NCBI GenBank assembly: GCA_963665815.1
Contig: OY762463.1
Coordinates: forward strand, 3,328,001-3,392,000
Reading direction: 5' to 3'
DNA: 64,000 bases
Origin: Candidatus Cloacimonadales bacterium
GTDB taxonomy: Bacteria > Cloacimonadota > Cloacimonadia > Cloacimonadales > JAIOQZ01
Part shown: positions 28,709-38,230 of the stretch, piece by piece
How positions within the stretch are numbered: position 1 is the first letter of the stretch
How the letters are laid out: the number at the start of each line of letters is the position of its first letter
Position numbers and translations under genes: made by a program
The notes under the pieces: generated by a model
What the model was told of the DNA's origin: nothing
What the model saw: the letters and a program-made list of their open reading frames with translations, nothing else
The model's database searches: none

Positions 28709-30115
28709 ATGAAAAAGACTCTCAAAACATATATAAAAGAAATTGCAGCGGAGAAACCGCATATTAATGACATTGAAAAGTTCACAAAGAAGCTTAAAGA
28801 AGTTTCCGGAACAGAGTACACTGAAAAGAGACTTGAAAACATGGTTACAGACTATTTCAACGAGACTGATTCCGCGCTGTACAATCCAAAGAAAGGGTTG
28901 ATATACAAGGATGATTTCTTCAGTAATACTTCATTTCAGGTAGAACTGACCGATTATGAGAAGAAACACGGACTTTTGATAGTTGGTGACAAACTTACAC
29001 CTTTTGTTGCTGTTGTGGATTCACTTTCACTCACATTAACTGATGATAGCTCACAATTATTGAAGTGTGAAAATATTTCCATACCTTACGAAAGTAACAT
29101 GAACAGTTTTTCCTTCATGACGATTTTCGAAGCTTCTAATATCTTTAAGCTGAAGGGAAACAAGATAGAGGTTACTGCTTTTGATATCAGTGAATTACTT
29201 GCTAAAACAGATGTTGAGAAGAACATGGTGATTGAGTTTACTCCCGTGGATTATGACAACGTGCAGTATTCTGTCAAGATTACTGAGATTGACCAGGAGC
29301 TTACAGATAGATTCAGAACTTACTGGGAAAATTCTTTCTCTGCCTGTAGTGAGTTCAGTTTTAACACATGCGAAAGGTTTTTGTTCAATGCTATGGTAAG
29401 ATTACCTGCGATTGTTCTGAAAAATACTATTCAACCTCTGAAAATGCTGATTGAGTCCAGTGCCAAGATCGAGCTGTTTTATACCGGCACAGAATCACAG
29501 ATCAGGATTAAGGGATACGAACTGGTTGAGGACATAATGGATAAGTATAACTCCAGACAGGATATGCCTAAGCAGACCGTGAAAACTATAGATCATGTGC
29601 TTGTTCAGCTTCAGTGCCCATATAACGGCGATTATGTATTCTCTTTTATGCTGCTGCAGTATAATGAGAATGATGAATTCAGCTATAAGAAATTGGCAGA
29701 TAGGTTATTCGGACTGGAAACAGTTCCGTTTCTGAATGAACATCAGAAAAAAGTATTTGGTGATGAGATTCAGGACATTGAGAATACTGTGAGAAGAACT
29801 AACGGGAAACATAATGTGGACGCTTACACTGAATTGTTAAAGGCAGTAATAGAACTGAAAGACACTCAGATAAAAGCTTTGCTTAAGCTTGAACAGAAAA
29901 TGATGTATTTCAGTCTGCTTGATCCTCAGATATTGGAACCTCTTGATTTTATTGATGAGTATACGGGTGATTTTTTCCATTCCGTGAAATTCTGGGATGA
30001 AGAGTACCTCAAGAAGTACAACACTACGTACAAAAGCAAGATTGCTTTTCTGAAATCTAAACTCGCTGAGCTTGAAAAAGCAGTTGCGGAATTGGGAGAT
30101 GGGGAAGAGAGTTAG
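28709..30115 (+). CDS. hypothetical cytoplasmic protein
   Basis: Long ORF with GAGG RBS; no recognised motif. Confidence 0.7.
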   Translation: MKKTLKTYIKEIAAEKPHINDIEKFTKKLKEVSGTEYTEKRLENMVTDYFNETDSALYNPKKGLIYKDDFFSNTSFQVELTDYEKKHGLLIVGDKLTPFVAVVDSLSLTLTDDSSQLLKCENISIPYESNMNSFSFMTIFEASNIFKLKGNKIEVTAFDISELLAKTDVEKNMVIEFTPVDYDNVQYSVKITEIDQELTDRFRTYWENSFSACSEFSFNTCERFLFNAMVRLPAIVLKNTIQPLKMLIESSAKIELFYTGTESQIRIKGYELVEDIMDKYNSRQDMPKQTVKTIDHVLVQLQCPYNGDYVFSFMLLQYNENDEFSYKKLADRLFGLETVPFLNEHQKKVFGDEIQDIENTVRRTNGKHNVDAYTELLKAVIELKDTQIKALLKLEQKMMYFSLLDPQILEPLDFIDEYTGDFFHSVKFWDEEYLKKYNTTYKSKIAFLKSKLAELEKAVAELGDGEES

Positions 30116-30280
30116 GCTGACATAAGAATTACCGGTGTAGTTGGAAAAACCCTGATACTTGAGTTTAAAGGTAAATCCATTGTGCTAAGCCAGGATGAAC
30201 AGGCAGAATTCGGGTTAATCTACAGCATAGAACCGGATTCTGTTATTGTGCAGGTGAAGGACAGCTTCTTTACTAATAAT
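30116..30280 (+). pseudogene. start-less gene fragment resembling a PilP/GspC-type beta domain
   Basis: Open frame ADIRITGVVGKTLILEFKGKSIVLSQDE...IYSIEPDSVIVQV directly after the TAG of the previous ORF. Confidence 0.35.
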
Positions 30281-30353
30281 CTCGTAGCGAAAGCGAGAGA
30301 TCGTTTCCGAAATTCTCCGGGTGAAACCCGAGAATCATAGGAAACACCTTATT
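30281..30353 (+). repeat. structured double-hairpin element, copy A
   Basis: CTC-GTA-GC-GAAA-GC-GA-GAG then TTTCC-GAA-ATTCT...AGAAT-CATA-GGAAA; same architecture as 33485-33560. Confidence 0.6.
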
Positions 30354-30376
30354 GTTCGAGCAAAAGTGAGAACAAG

Positions 30377-31138
30377 TTGATGATAACAGGTTTTCGTTTA
30401 TACAGAGATTCACTGATGATTTATGAAACAGATATTGCCGGAGATTTCTCTTATACGGACTCACTACTTGCTAATGGTGATTATCTTTACTACGTTAGAG
30501 CTGTTTATGAAGAGGGTGTATCACTTCCATCCGAATCGGTTATTGTACCTGTTCATTTTCCTTATGCTCCTGTAAATCTTGAAGTAGAATCTTCCCGAGA
30601 TACCGTATTCATTCACTGGGATGACTCTGAATATGCCAGTCCTGAAGAAATAGTACGTTATAAGATATATCAGAGCAGCAGTCTTCTTAACAATATGTAT
30701 ATCAGTAATAACCGTGAATATGAAATTTCCGGATTGCAATCCGATGAATATACTTACAGAATAAAAGCAATTTATGATTTTGGAGAATCCGGTTATTCCG
30801 ATACAGCTTCAGTACTTGTGGAATATGTCGGAAACGGAACAGAAGACATAGAACAATATACAACAGATCTTTCCGGCAATTACCCGAACCCGTTTAACCC
30901 GGAAACAACAATAGAATTTTCTCTAAAGGAACAGTCTTATACACAGCTTAGTATATATAACCTTAAAGGACAGAAAGTAAAGACTCTGGTTAATGCACAA
31001 CTGGATAAGGGCAACCACAGCACCACCTGGAAAGGTGATGATGATAACGGTAGTAAAGTTGGTTCCGGTGTCTATTTCTATAAGCTGCAGGTGAATGGGA
31101 AAACAATAGATTTAAGGAAATGTCTGCTGTTGAAGTAA
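30377..31138 (+). pseudogene. N-terminally truncated FN3-repeat protein with FlgD-Ig/T9SS-like CTD
   Basis: Begins mid-FN3 (ITGFRLYRD...YYVRAVY); no signal peptide; intact CTD NYPNPFNPETTI...SGVYFYKL. Confidence 0.65.
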
Positions 31139-31295
31139 CTGCACCTTCCAAATGGTCTTTAGACCTTTAGAATGGTGTTAGATAATAAAAATATACACAA
31201 TATACTGCTCTGAAGAAATTCGGGACTTTTTCTTTAAGAAATGATGTTTCAACATCACATTTTGTACAGCTAAAGCAGTACTCTCATATAGTCCT

Positions 31296-31727
31296 CTTCG
31301 CAATGGACATGTCCTTGCGAAGCGTGGTCTTTGTGAGTCAATGTGAAATCGACATTGTCGATTTACTCCGGTAAATCCAGGTTCTAATCTCTGTAGAGAC
31401 GCTGCATGCAACGTCTAATCCTGAGACAACCGTCCGGTTGTCTCTACGCGTATAGCAGGACTGTACAAGCTCGTACAGACAAAGTTCTCCCTCGTCAGGG
31501 AGATGTCGAGCGTGCGAGACAGAGGATTTAAAACACGGAACAATTATTTTTGTATTCCCTTCGCAATGGACCTGTCCTTGCGAAAGGGGGTTTGACTGGC
31601 TCTAAGGGGTATTTTTGGGAGTGCATTGACTGTGTCAATGTGAAATCGACATAGTCAATATACTCAATATCTTGTGCTCATTGTAAGTGGTACGTAGGCA
31701 TCCGTCTTCGTTATAACTACACCGGAT
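31296..31727. repeat. cluster of REP-like palindromes
   Basis: CTTCGCAATGGACxTGTCCTTGCGAA twice (31296, 31559); GTCAATGTGAAATCGACAT twice (31337, 31634); inverted GTAG-type pair at 31393-31447; further hairpins. Confidence 0.75.
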
Positions 31728-31752
31728 TGCACCCCTCTTTATTTTGATAACA

Positions 31753-32015
31753 ATGTTAATATCAAATACAAACATGATAGAAAATAGAAACAGACAACTT
31801 GAAAGAAAATTGAAAGACATAGATGGCTTTGGTGCAATTACCAATGCAAAAAAATTCTTGCAAATATGGTTTCACTTTCAGAAAATGAAATATAAATAAA
31901 AATCAGAATAACTCCAATATTTATTTTGAAATTATTCTGATTTAAAAATAATTATTAGACCCAGTTATTTGGACACTGCTAAAAATAATTGTTAGACCCG
32001 GTTATTTGGACTCTG
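31753..32015 (+). mobile_element. IS256-like remnant: transposase C-terminal fragment plus duplicated right end
   Basis: 31753-31899 encodes SNTNMIENRNRQLERKLKDIDGF...FLQIW (TNxxExxN motif). Two 37-bp copies follow, ending TTATTTGGACACTG / TTATTTGGACTCTG. Confidence 0.5.
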
Positions 32016-32045
32016 TTCATATTTAGATAAGGCAAAATAGTAAAC

Positions 32046-32080
32046 AAAAAACAAGCCCTGAAGTGTTTCAAGGCTTGTTT
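32046..32080 (-). terminator. intrinsic terminator after the Rhs-CT/immunity pair
   Basis: Minus strand AAACAAGCCTTGAA-ACAC-TTCAGGGCTTGTTT-TTT. Confidence 0.7.
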
Positions 32081-32181
32081 CAAAAGGTTACGAGATTATA
32101 AATCAATTAGATTATTTACATAAGCTATATTAATTAAATAGGATGCTTAAAAAAAACTAAGTATAATACTTAATATTGTAA

Positions 32182-32691
32182 TTATTCCCTTAATATCCAT
32201 TTTCTTTTTTCTGCATCATAATAATAACCTATCTTTGTTTTATAGTCATATGCATAGTATTTCTTCATGAAGTAGTTTACTCGAGTGCTATCGACAATAT
32301 CTCCAGGACCAAAACAGGCCATCCATCCTGAAGGCAATATAGTATATTTATCAAACGGTTCAATGAAAATAAGTGTATTAATTTTCCTTTTCTTGAGCTC
32401 ATATAGAGTTGTTTCAGTAGAAATACCTTCAGGACTAATAAAGGAACTATCACAAGTATGAATGATGCTAACAGTATCTGAAGACACCAAAAATCTGAAC
32501 TCAATACCGTCAACATTTGTATAATACCACCTTGAACCATTAAGATAATAATCATCTTTGTAGCGAATGAACAACTTGCAATATATCTTATCTCCAATAT
32601 CCAATTCATCCATATCTGGTACAAATTTGAGAAATGTGCAAGAAAAACAAACTAATGCTGATGCAATCAAAATAAACTTTCTCATTTTCAT
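32182..32691 (-). CDS. putative immunity lipoprotein
   Basis: Lipobox-like VCFSC; immediately downstream of the Rhs C-terminal toxin gene; low GC. Confidence 0.55.
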   Translation of the reverse strand: MKMRKFILIASALVCFSCTFLKFVPDMDELDIGDKIYCKLFIRYKDDYYLNGSRWYYTNVDGIEFRFLVSSDTVSIIHTCDSSFISPEGISTETTLYELKKRKINTLIFIEPFDKYTILPSGWMACFGPGDIVDSTRVNYFMKKYYAYDYKTKIGYYYDAEKRKWILRE

Positions 32692-32774
32692 TTTATAAAT
32701 ACTCCTTTCTTAAAGCAAAGTGAGAAATCTCACTTCATCTCGTGCGTAAATCTAAGAGGAAGGAACGTATGAGT

Positions 32775-33695
32775 TTATAATTCCTGGACTAATGGCAATA
32801 TCTCCTCACGTTCTTCATACCATTCATCTACAGGTGGTTTCCACCAAAACTCAATCTCTACTAATGTGCCTTCAAATATATCGTTCATCGCATCAAAAGT
32901 CATAGGAGTTGTTACATTAATAAAAGTACCTGCTTGATTATTATATATTATATTTCCATCAGAATCAATGCTTTTCACAACTGCTGAATGTACAACATCT
33001 CCTTTTTTATCTGTGAATACTGTAACATCTCCAACTTGTGGTGTCTTGTATTTTATGTATCCATCATACTTCAAAATTGCCCTAACTTGATCATTATCAA
33101 TCCAGTATTTCTCTTCTATAAAAGTAAAACCATGGCAATCAGTATTGAACTGTGGGTTAATATTAGGTTTCAAATTCTTAAGCACCTGGATTTTATGTCC
33201 CCTTCTTCTCAAAAATCTATCCCACCAGTTTCCGGTATCTGCATATACATACCCAAATTGGAATATAGTAGTTCTATCCCCTGATTTGCCTTCACCTCTT
33301 CCCCAAGAAACGTAAATATATCTTCCATCCGCATCTTTTTGAATACTCCCATCCGGATCAAGGAAGTTCACCGGGTCATTATGGCAATACACATAGGGAC
33401 TAAAGAACTGATCCGCAGGGTCTATGGAGTGCCAACGTCCCAGTTCAGGATCGTAGAACCTGACTCCATAGTGATACCAAAGAGCTCGTAGCCGCAGGCG
33501 AGAGTCTCCACTCCGAAGTCTGTAGAACGTCAGTTCGAAGACCATAGGAGGTACATTATTCTCATCTTCGTGTTCCTTGCCGTTATACATGTATTTATTA
33601 TCTGTGCTGCCGTCATAGGAAAATCCCGGCATTCTCATCCCGAACGGGTAGTAGTGGTCTTCCTGTACTACTAAAGCTGTGTTTCCCTGATACAA
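32775..33695 (-). CDS. orphan Rhs-associated core plus C-terminal putative papain-fold toxin
   Basis: DHYYPFG, YMYNGKE, YGVRFYDPELGRWHSIDP and PYVYCHNDPVNFLDPDG; C-terminal DCHGF...GDV...VVHSAVV; AAGGAGG RBS before TTG. Confidence 0.85.
   Translation of the reverse strand: MYQGNTALVVQEDHYYPFGMRMPGFSYDGSTDNKYMYNGKEHEDENNVPPMVFELTFYRLRSGDSRLRLRALWYHYGVRFYDPELGRWHSIDPADQFFSPYVYCHNDPVNFLDPDGSIQKDADGRYIYVSWGRGEGKSGDRTTIFQFGYVYADTGNWWDRFLRRRGHKIQVLKNLKPNINPQFNTDCHGFTFIEEKYWIDNDQVRAILKYDGYIKYKTPQVGDVTVFTDKKGDVVHSAVVKSIDSDGNIIYNNQAGTFINVTTPMTFDAMNDIFEGTLVEIEFWWKPPVDEWYEEREEILPLVQEL
33485..33560 (+). repeat. structured double-hairpin element, copy B (in-frame insertion inside the Rhs core)
   Basis: CTC-GTA-GCC-GCA-GGC-GA-GAG then CTCC-GAA-GTCT-GTA-GAAC-GTCA-GTTC-GA-AGAC-CATA-GGAG. 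Confidence 0.6.
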
Positions 33696-33949
33696 GAAAG
33701 CCTCCTTACTCCATATTATGGCTAAATTGAGCTCATTAGCGGCAAATGGTCAAGTTATTTAAATTTACACACTCAATTCATTTCTCACCCGAAATGAATT
33801 TTCGCCCCGTAGAGTTTTCCTGGAGGGAATAAATCCAGAAACAACTTGATATTCTAACATTAATGAGGAGTGTATTTGCGTGACGCTATTGCGTCTTTAA
33901 TGGAAAGAGACACAGCCAGAGCCGTGTCTCAATATATAAAGAACAAAAT

Positions 33950-35461
33950 CTATTTCATCAGAACGAGTTTTCTGGTTTCCGTATGATTGCCGGTTGTCAT
34001 TTTCACAAAATATACACCGGATGAGACATTATTACCTGAGTCAGTATCTCCATGCCAGATAACGCTTCTGTCGCCGGCATCAATATTGTCATTTACAAGA
34101 GTTTTAACTTTTTGACCTTTTATGTTGTATATGCTGATTTCTACTTGAGAGTTTTCTTTGATAGAATATTCAATTTTCGTTTCAGGATTGAATGGATTCG
34201 GGTAGATGCTTTGAATATTATTATCACAATAGTTAATTGTGCTCTGGTCGTTAGCAACATCGGTATATTCAAATATATAAACCGATCCGGCATATTGCTG
34301 GATACTGCTGTCTCCTCTACATCCTATAATAGCAGTATTGCCCTCTATATCTATTACTTCTCCAAAGAGTCCTTCCAAAGGGTGATCTTCTCCAACGAAT
34401 TTTTGTGCCAGAGTCCATAATGTGTCGGATTTCTGATAGAAATAAACTGAACCTGATCTATATGTAGGATAACTATCTACTTGTGACCCAATCAAAAGCA
34501 TGTCACCGGACAATTTCACGGAAATGCCGAAATTTTCACCTGCTTCACCATCATCAGGATAAATATAAGCCTGTTCCACCCAGTTATCTCCATTTTTTTT
34601 ATAGATGTATGCTGCACCTGAGTCAGTACCATTACTGCTGGCACACATTGCCCCCACAGCAATATAATCTCCATCCATTGACACCGAGAAACCAAATCCG
34701 TCACCTGAGGTTAAGTTTGAACCTACTAATTTCGTCTGCTCAGTCCAGACCCCTGAGTCATATTCGAATATATAGGCTGCTCCTGCATCTACTCCGGTAG
34801 AATTGTTATTATAAGCCCCTATAACCAGGCATTGATCATTACCGGCAAGACGGCAAAATTTATCATCATCTGCTCCGTCTGAAGGATACAATTTTGTTGA
34901 GAAGGTGAATACTGAATCTGCTCTGGAATAAACGTAAACTGATCCGGTCTTGTGATTATTTGTAGAATCCTGCTATGCTCCTACAAAAAGATTATTATCT
35001 GTCAGAAGTATAGATGCTCCGAACTCTCCTTCTTCAACTCCATCACTTGGAATTATTTTCTCAATTTCAGTCCAGGTGCTTCCGGATCTTCTAAATACAT
35101 AAACTGATCCTGACTCAATTCCATTTTCATTATCGTCAAATGCCCCGACTACAAGAAAGTTATCTTTTAATGATAAAGCATATCCAAAAATATTATCATC
35201 TGCACCATCAGAAGCAGTCAATATGGCTTCTTCAACCCATGTATCTCCCACAAGATGTAGTACATAAACAGCCCCTTGACCTTGCAGGTTGGGTTTACCT
35301 ACAGCTGCATAATCTCCGTCAATATCTACAGAATAACCGTAAATTCCCCAGGCTTGTCCATCCGAAGCTGATAGTTTCTGGAACTGTCTCCACTCTTCAG
35401 AGTACAAGTTTATTCCGATTAATAAAAAAAATGATATTACACAAAATAAAATGTTCTTCAT
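33950..35461 (-). pseudogene. 7-repeat FG-GAP beta-propeller protein with CTD, split by one in-frame TAG (34973-34975)
   Basis: ORFs 34973..35461 and 33950..34891 share a frame, and the 27 codons between them continue the repeat (VGA*QDSTNNHKTGSVYVYSR). Confidence 0.85.
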
Positions 35462-35797
35462 AGTATCTCTCCTTGTTTCATATCCTGATTGATAATTGCA
35501 ACAATTTTTTACGAATGATATTGTAATAACCGTTATAAGGAATTGTCAATATAATTAAATTCAGTGATTCATTTTCTTATTGATAAATTGTATCTTGAGT
35601 AAAATGTCTTTAATGAAAGTAGTTTCCGTATGAAGATATGCGATGTTTCGTGCAATTACATTCAAGAAATCCTTCATAGCTATAAAAGTACAGTTTATGT
35701 TTTCAAGGGTGATATTTTATTATTTAAAATGTAGAACCAATGCAGTTCTACCTATAATTAGTGCTTTTGTAAGTAGTATGCAGATAGATGATTTATC

Positions 35798-36370
35798 TTA
35801 CACGCCCAGCACTTTTTCAACTGCTCTGTAATAAAGAGAATGCTCAATCTTAAGGACTCTCTTTGCAATCTCCTCTGCATTTTCACAATCAGAAACATCT
35901 ACTGATTCCTGTAGAACAATCTGTCCTTCATCATAATACTCATTTACCAGATGTACTGTAGCTCCGGATACTTTTTCCCCCTGTTCAAACACTGCTTTAT
36001 GTACATTGGAACCATACATACCTTTTCCACCGAATTTTGGAAGTAAAGCAGGATGTATATTAAGGATTGGTATACCGCACTCTCTGATAAATTCTCCGGA
36101 GATTTGCTTCATGAAACCAGCGAGAACAATCATATCAAGTTTTTGCTCTTTTATTAAATACAGAAGTTCAAGCTCAAAGGCAGCAAGATTCCGGGCAGAA
36201 ATGAATTTCCACGGAATATCCAGAGATTCGCATTTATCTATTATCGGTGCTTTTCTACTTGTAACGACTACAAAGCTGATATTGATTTCTGATCTGTTTA
36301 TATTGTCGGCAATTGCCTGAAAATTGGAACCCCTGCTTTTACCGGATGTTATAACTGCAATATTCTTCAT
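35798..36370 (-). CDS. purN: phosphoribosylglycinamide formyltransferase
   Basis: SG..RGSNFQAI, VLAGFM, LNIHPALLPKFGG and SGATVHLV...DEG.I. Confidence 0.95.
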   Translation of the reverse strand: MKNIAVITSGKSRGSNFQAIADNINRSEINISFVVVTSRKAPIIDKCESLDIPWKFISARNLAAFELELLYLIKEQKLDMIVLAGFMKQISGEFIRECGIPILNIHPALLPKFGGKGMYGSNVHKAVFEQGEKVSGATVHLVNEYYDEGQIVLQESVDVSDCENAEEIAKRVLKIEHSLYYRAVEKVLGV

Positions 36371-36380
36371 TTGTCCTCGT

Positions 36381-36417
36381 AAAAAAGATAGGCTGCTGAT
36401 ATTGTCAGCAACCTGTT
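36381..36417 (-). terminator. terminator-like hairpin after aspS
   Basis: Minus strand AGGTTGCTGAC-AAT-ATCAGCAGCCT followed by ATCTTTTTT. Confidence 0.55.
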
Positions 36418-36420
36418 ATA

Positions 36421-38202
36421 TTATTCATCAATTTTTATATTGAGTTCTTTAAGTTGTTCATCTGCAACTCTGGCAGGAGCTTGACTCATCAGGTCCACTG
36501 CTTTCAGAGTTTTAGGGAAGGCAATTACGTCACGGATAGAATCACTTGCGGAAAGAATCATAACAAGTCTGTCGATTCCCGGTGCAATACCGCCATGAGG
36601 AGGTGTTCCGTACTTAAGAGCATTAAGGAAGAATCCGAATTTTTCCTGAAGCTCTTCTTCTGAGAATCCCAGAACATCAAAAATCTTTCTTTGAACATCA
36701 AGTCTGTGACATCTTATTGAACCTGAAGATAATTCCATTCCGTTACAAACAAGGTCATAGAGTTTACCTTCTATCTTACCCCAGTCCTTTTCATTCTCGA
36801 AATACTTGAGGTGTTCTTCTTTTGGAAGTGTAAACATATGATGAGCTGTTTCCCAGCGACTCTTATCTTCATTATATTCGAAAAGAGGGAAGTCAGTAAT
36901 CCAGACAAACTTGAATTCTTTTTCATTGTAAAGTCCAAGATCTTTGCCAAGCTTTAATCTGACACCATCAAGCACCTTGTAGACTATTTTCAATCTGTCA
37001 GCTGCAAACAGAATAAGATCTCCATCTTTTGCACCTGTTTTAGCAATGATTTTGTCTTTTACATCCTCAGTAATGAATTTGGCTATACCGGATGAGAATT
37101 CACCGTTCGCATATTTACAATAAGCCAGTCCTTTTGCTCCAAGGTGTTTAGCCAGATCAACCAGTTCATCTATTTTCTTTCTGGAGTAACTGCTGCATTC
37201 AGGAGCTGCAATACACTGCACGCTTCCACCAGATTCTAATGCTCCCTGAAAGACTTTGAATTCCAGATCTTTTACTTCTTCACTAATATCTGTGAGTTCA
37301 ACACCGAAACGCATATCCGGTTTATCACTACCGAATCTTCTCATTGCTTCTTTATATGGAAGCTGTTCAAAAGGAATATTAATTTCCAGATTTGCAACTT
37401 CTGAGAACAGGTATTTCATCAGTTTTTCAGATACATCAAAAATATCATCCTGATCAACAAAGCTCATTTCCATGTCAAGTTGAGTAAATTCCGGTTGTCT
37501 GTCAGCTCTGAGATCTTCATCTCTGAAACATCTGGCAATCTGGAAGTATCTGTCAAATCCACCAATCATCAGCAATTGTTTATAAATCTGCGGTGATTGT
37601 GGGAGTGCAAAGAATGTTCCCGGATGAACACGACTTGGAACAAGATAATCTCTTGCACCTTCAGGTGTGCTCTTCATCAGGATTGGTGTTTCTATTTCGT
37701 AGAAATTATTATCTATCAGGAATTTCCTGATCGCAAAGTTAATTTTATGTCTCATCAGTATTTTACTGCTGAGTTTCTCACGTCTGAGATCGAGGTATCT
37801 GTACTCGAGTCTCAGATCTTCATCTGCCAGAACATTCTCATTAATCTGGACAGGTAATGGTTCAGAATCATTTAAAATAAGCAATTTCTCGGAGTTTATT
37901 TCAATTGCTCCAGTTTGCATATTCTTGTTTATGTTGCCTTGTTCACGGTTAGCAACTATACCTTCAACGCAGATAACATATTCATTTCTGAGTTTGTGTG
38001 CTTTTTCCATAAGTGGTGCATTTTCAGGATGGAATACTATCTGAATGATTCCTGTTACATCTCTAAGATCAATAAAAATCAATCCTCCGAGGTCTCTTCG
38101 GCGGTGCACCCAGCCGGTTAATACAACTTTTTCTGAAAGGTTCTTTTCCGAAACATCACAGCACCTGTGTGTTCTCTTGACGTTTCCCAGAAAGTCTAAC
38201 AT
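36421..38202 (-). CDS. aspS: aspartate--tRNA ligase
   Basis: [53 protein letters not shown] and [12 protein letters not shown]. Confidence 0.97.
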   Translation of the reverse strand: MLDFLGNVKRTHRCCDVSEKNLSEKVVLTGWVHRRRDLGGLIFIDLRDVTGIIQIVFHPENAPLMEKAHKLRNEYVICVEGIVANREQGNINKNMQTGAIEINSEKLLILNDSEPLPVQINENVLADEDLRLEYRYLDLRREKLSSKILMRHKINFAIRKFLIDNNFYEIETPILMKSTPEGARDYLVPSRVHPGTFFALPQSPQIYKQLLMIGGFDRYFQIARCFRDEDLRADRQPEFTQLDMEMSFVDQDDIFDVSEKLMKYLFSEVANLEINIPFEQLPYKEAMRRFGSDKPDMRFGVELTDISEEVKDLEFKVFQGALESGGSVQCIAAPECSSYSRKKIDELVDLAKHLGAKGLAYCKYANGEFSSGIAKFITEDVKDKIIAKTGAKDGDLILFAADRLKIVYKVLDGVRLKLGKDLGLYNEKEFKFVWITDFPLFEYNEDKSRWETAHHMFTLPKEEHLKYFENEKDWGKIEGKLYDLVCNGMELSSGSIRCHRLDVQRKIFDVLGFSEEELQEKFGFFLNALKYGTPPHGGIAPGIDRLVMILSASDSIRDVIAFPKTLKAVDLMSQAPARVADEQLKELNIKIDE

Positions 38203-38230
38203 CTATTCTCCCTTGTTATTGCTCTGTAAT

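Noticed and set aside
31943-32015. CRISPR array from the 37-bp direct repeat
   Set aside because: Only two adjacent copies with no spacer and no cas genes; better explained as duplicated IS ends.
33485-33560. Group II intron remnant as the source of the Rhs insertion
   Set aside because: No domain V catalytic-triad hairpin or GUGYG 5' end recognisable on either strand.
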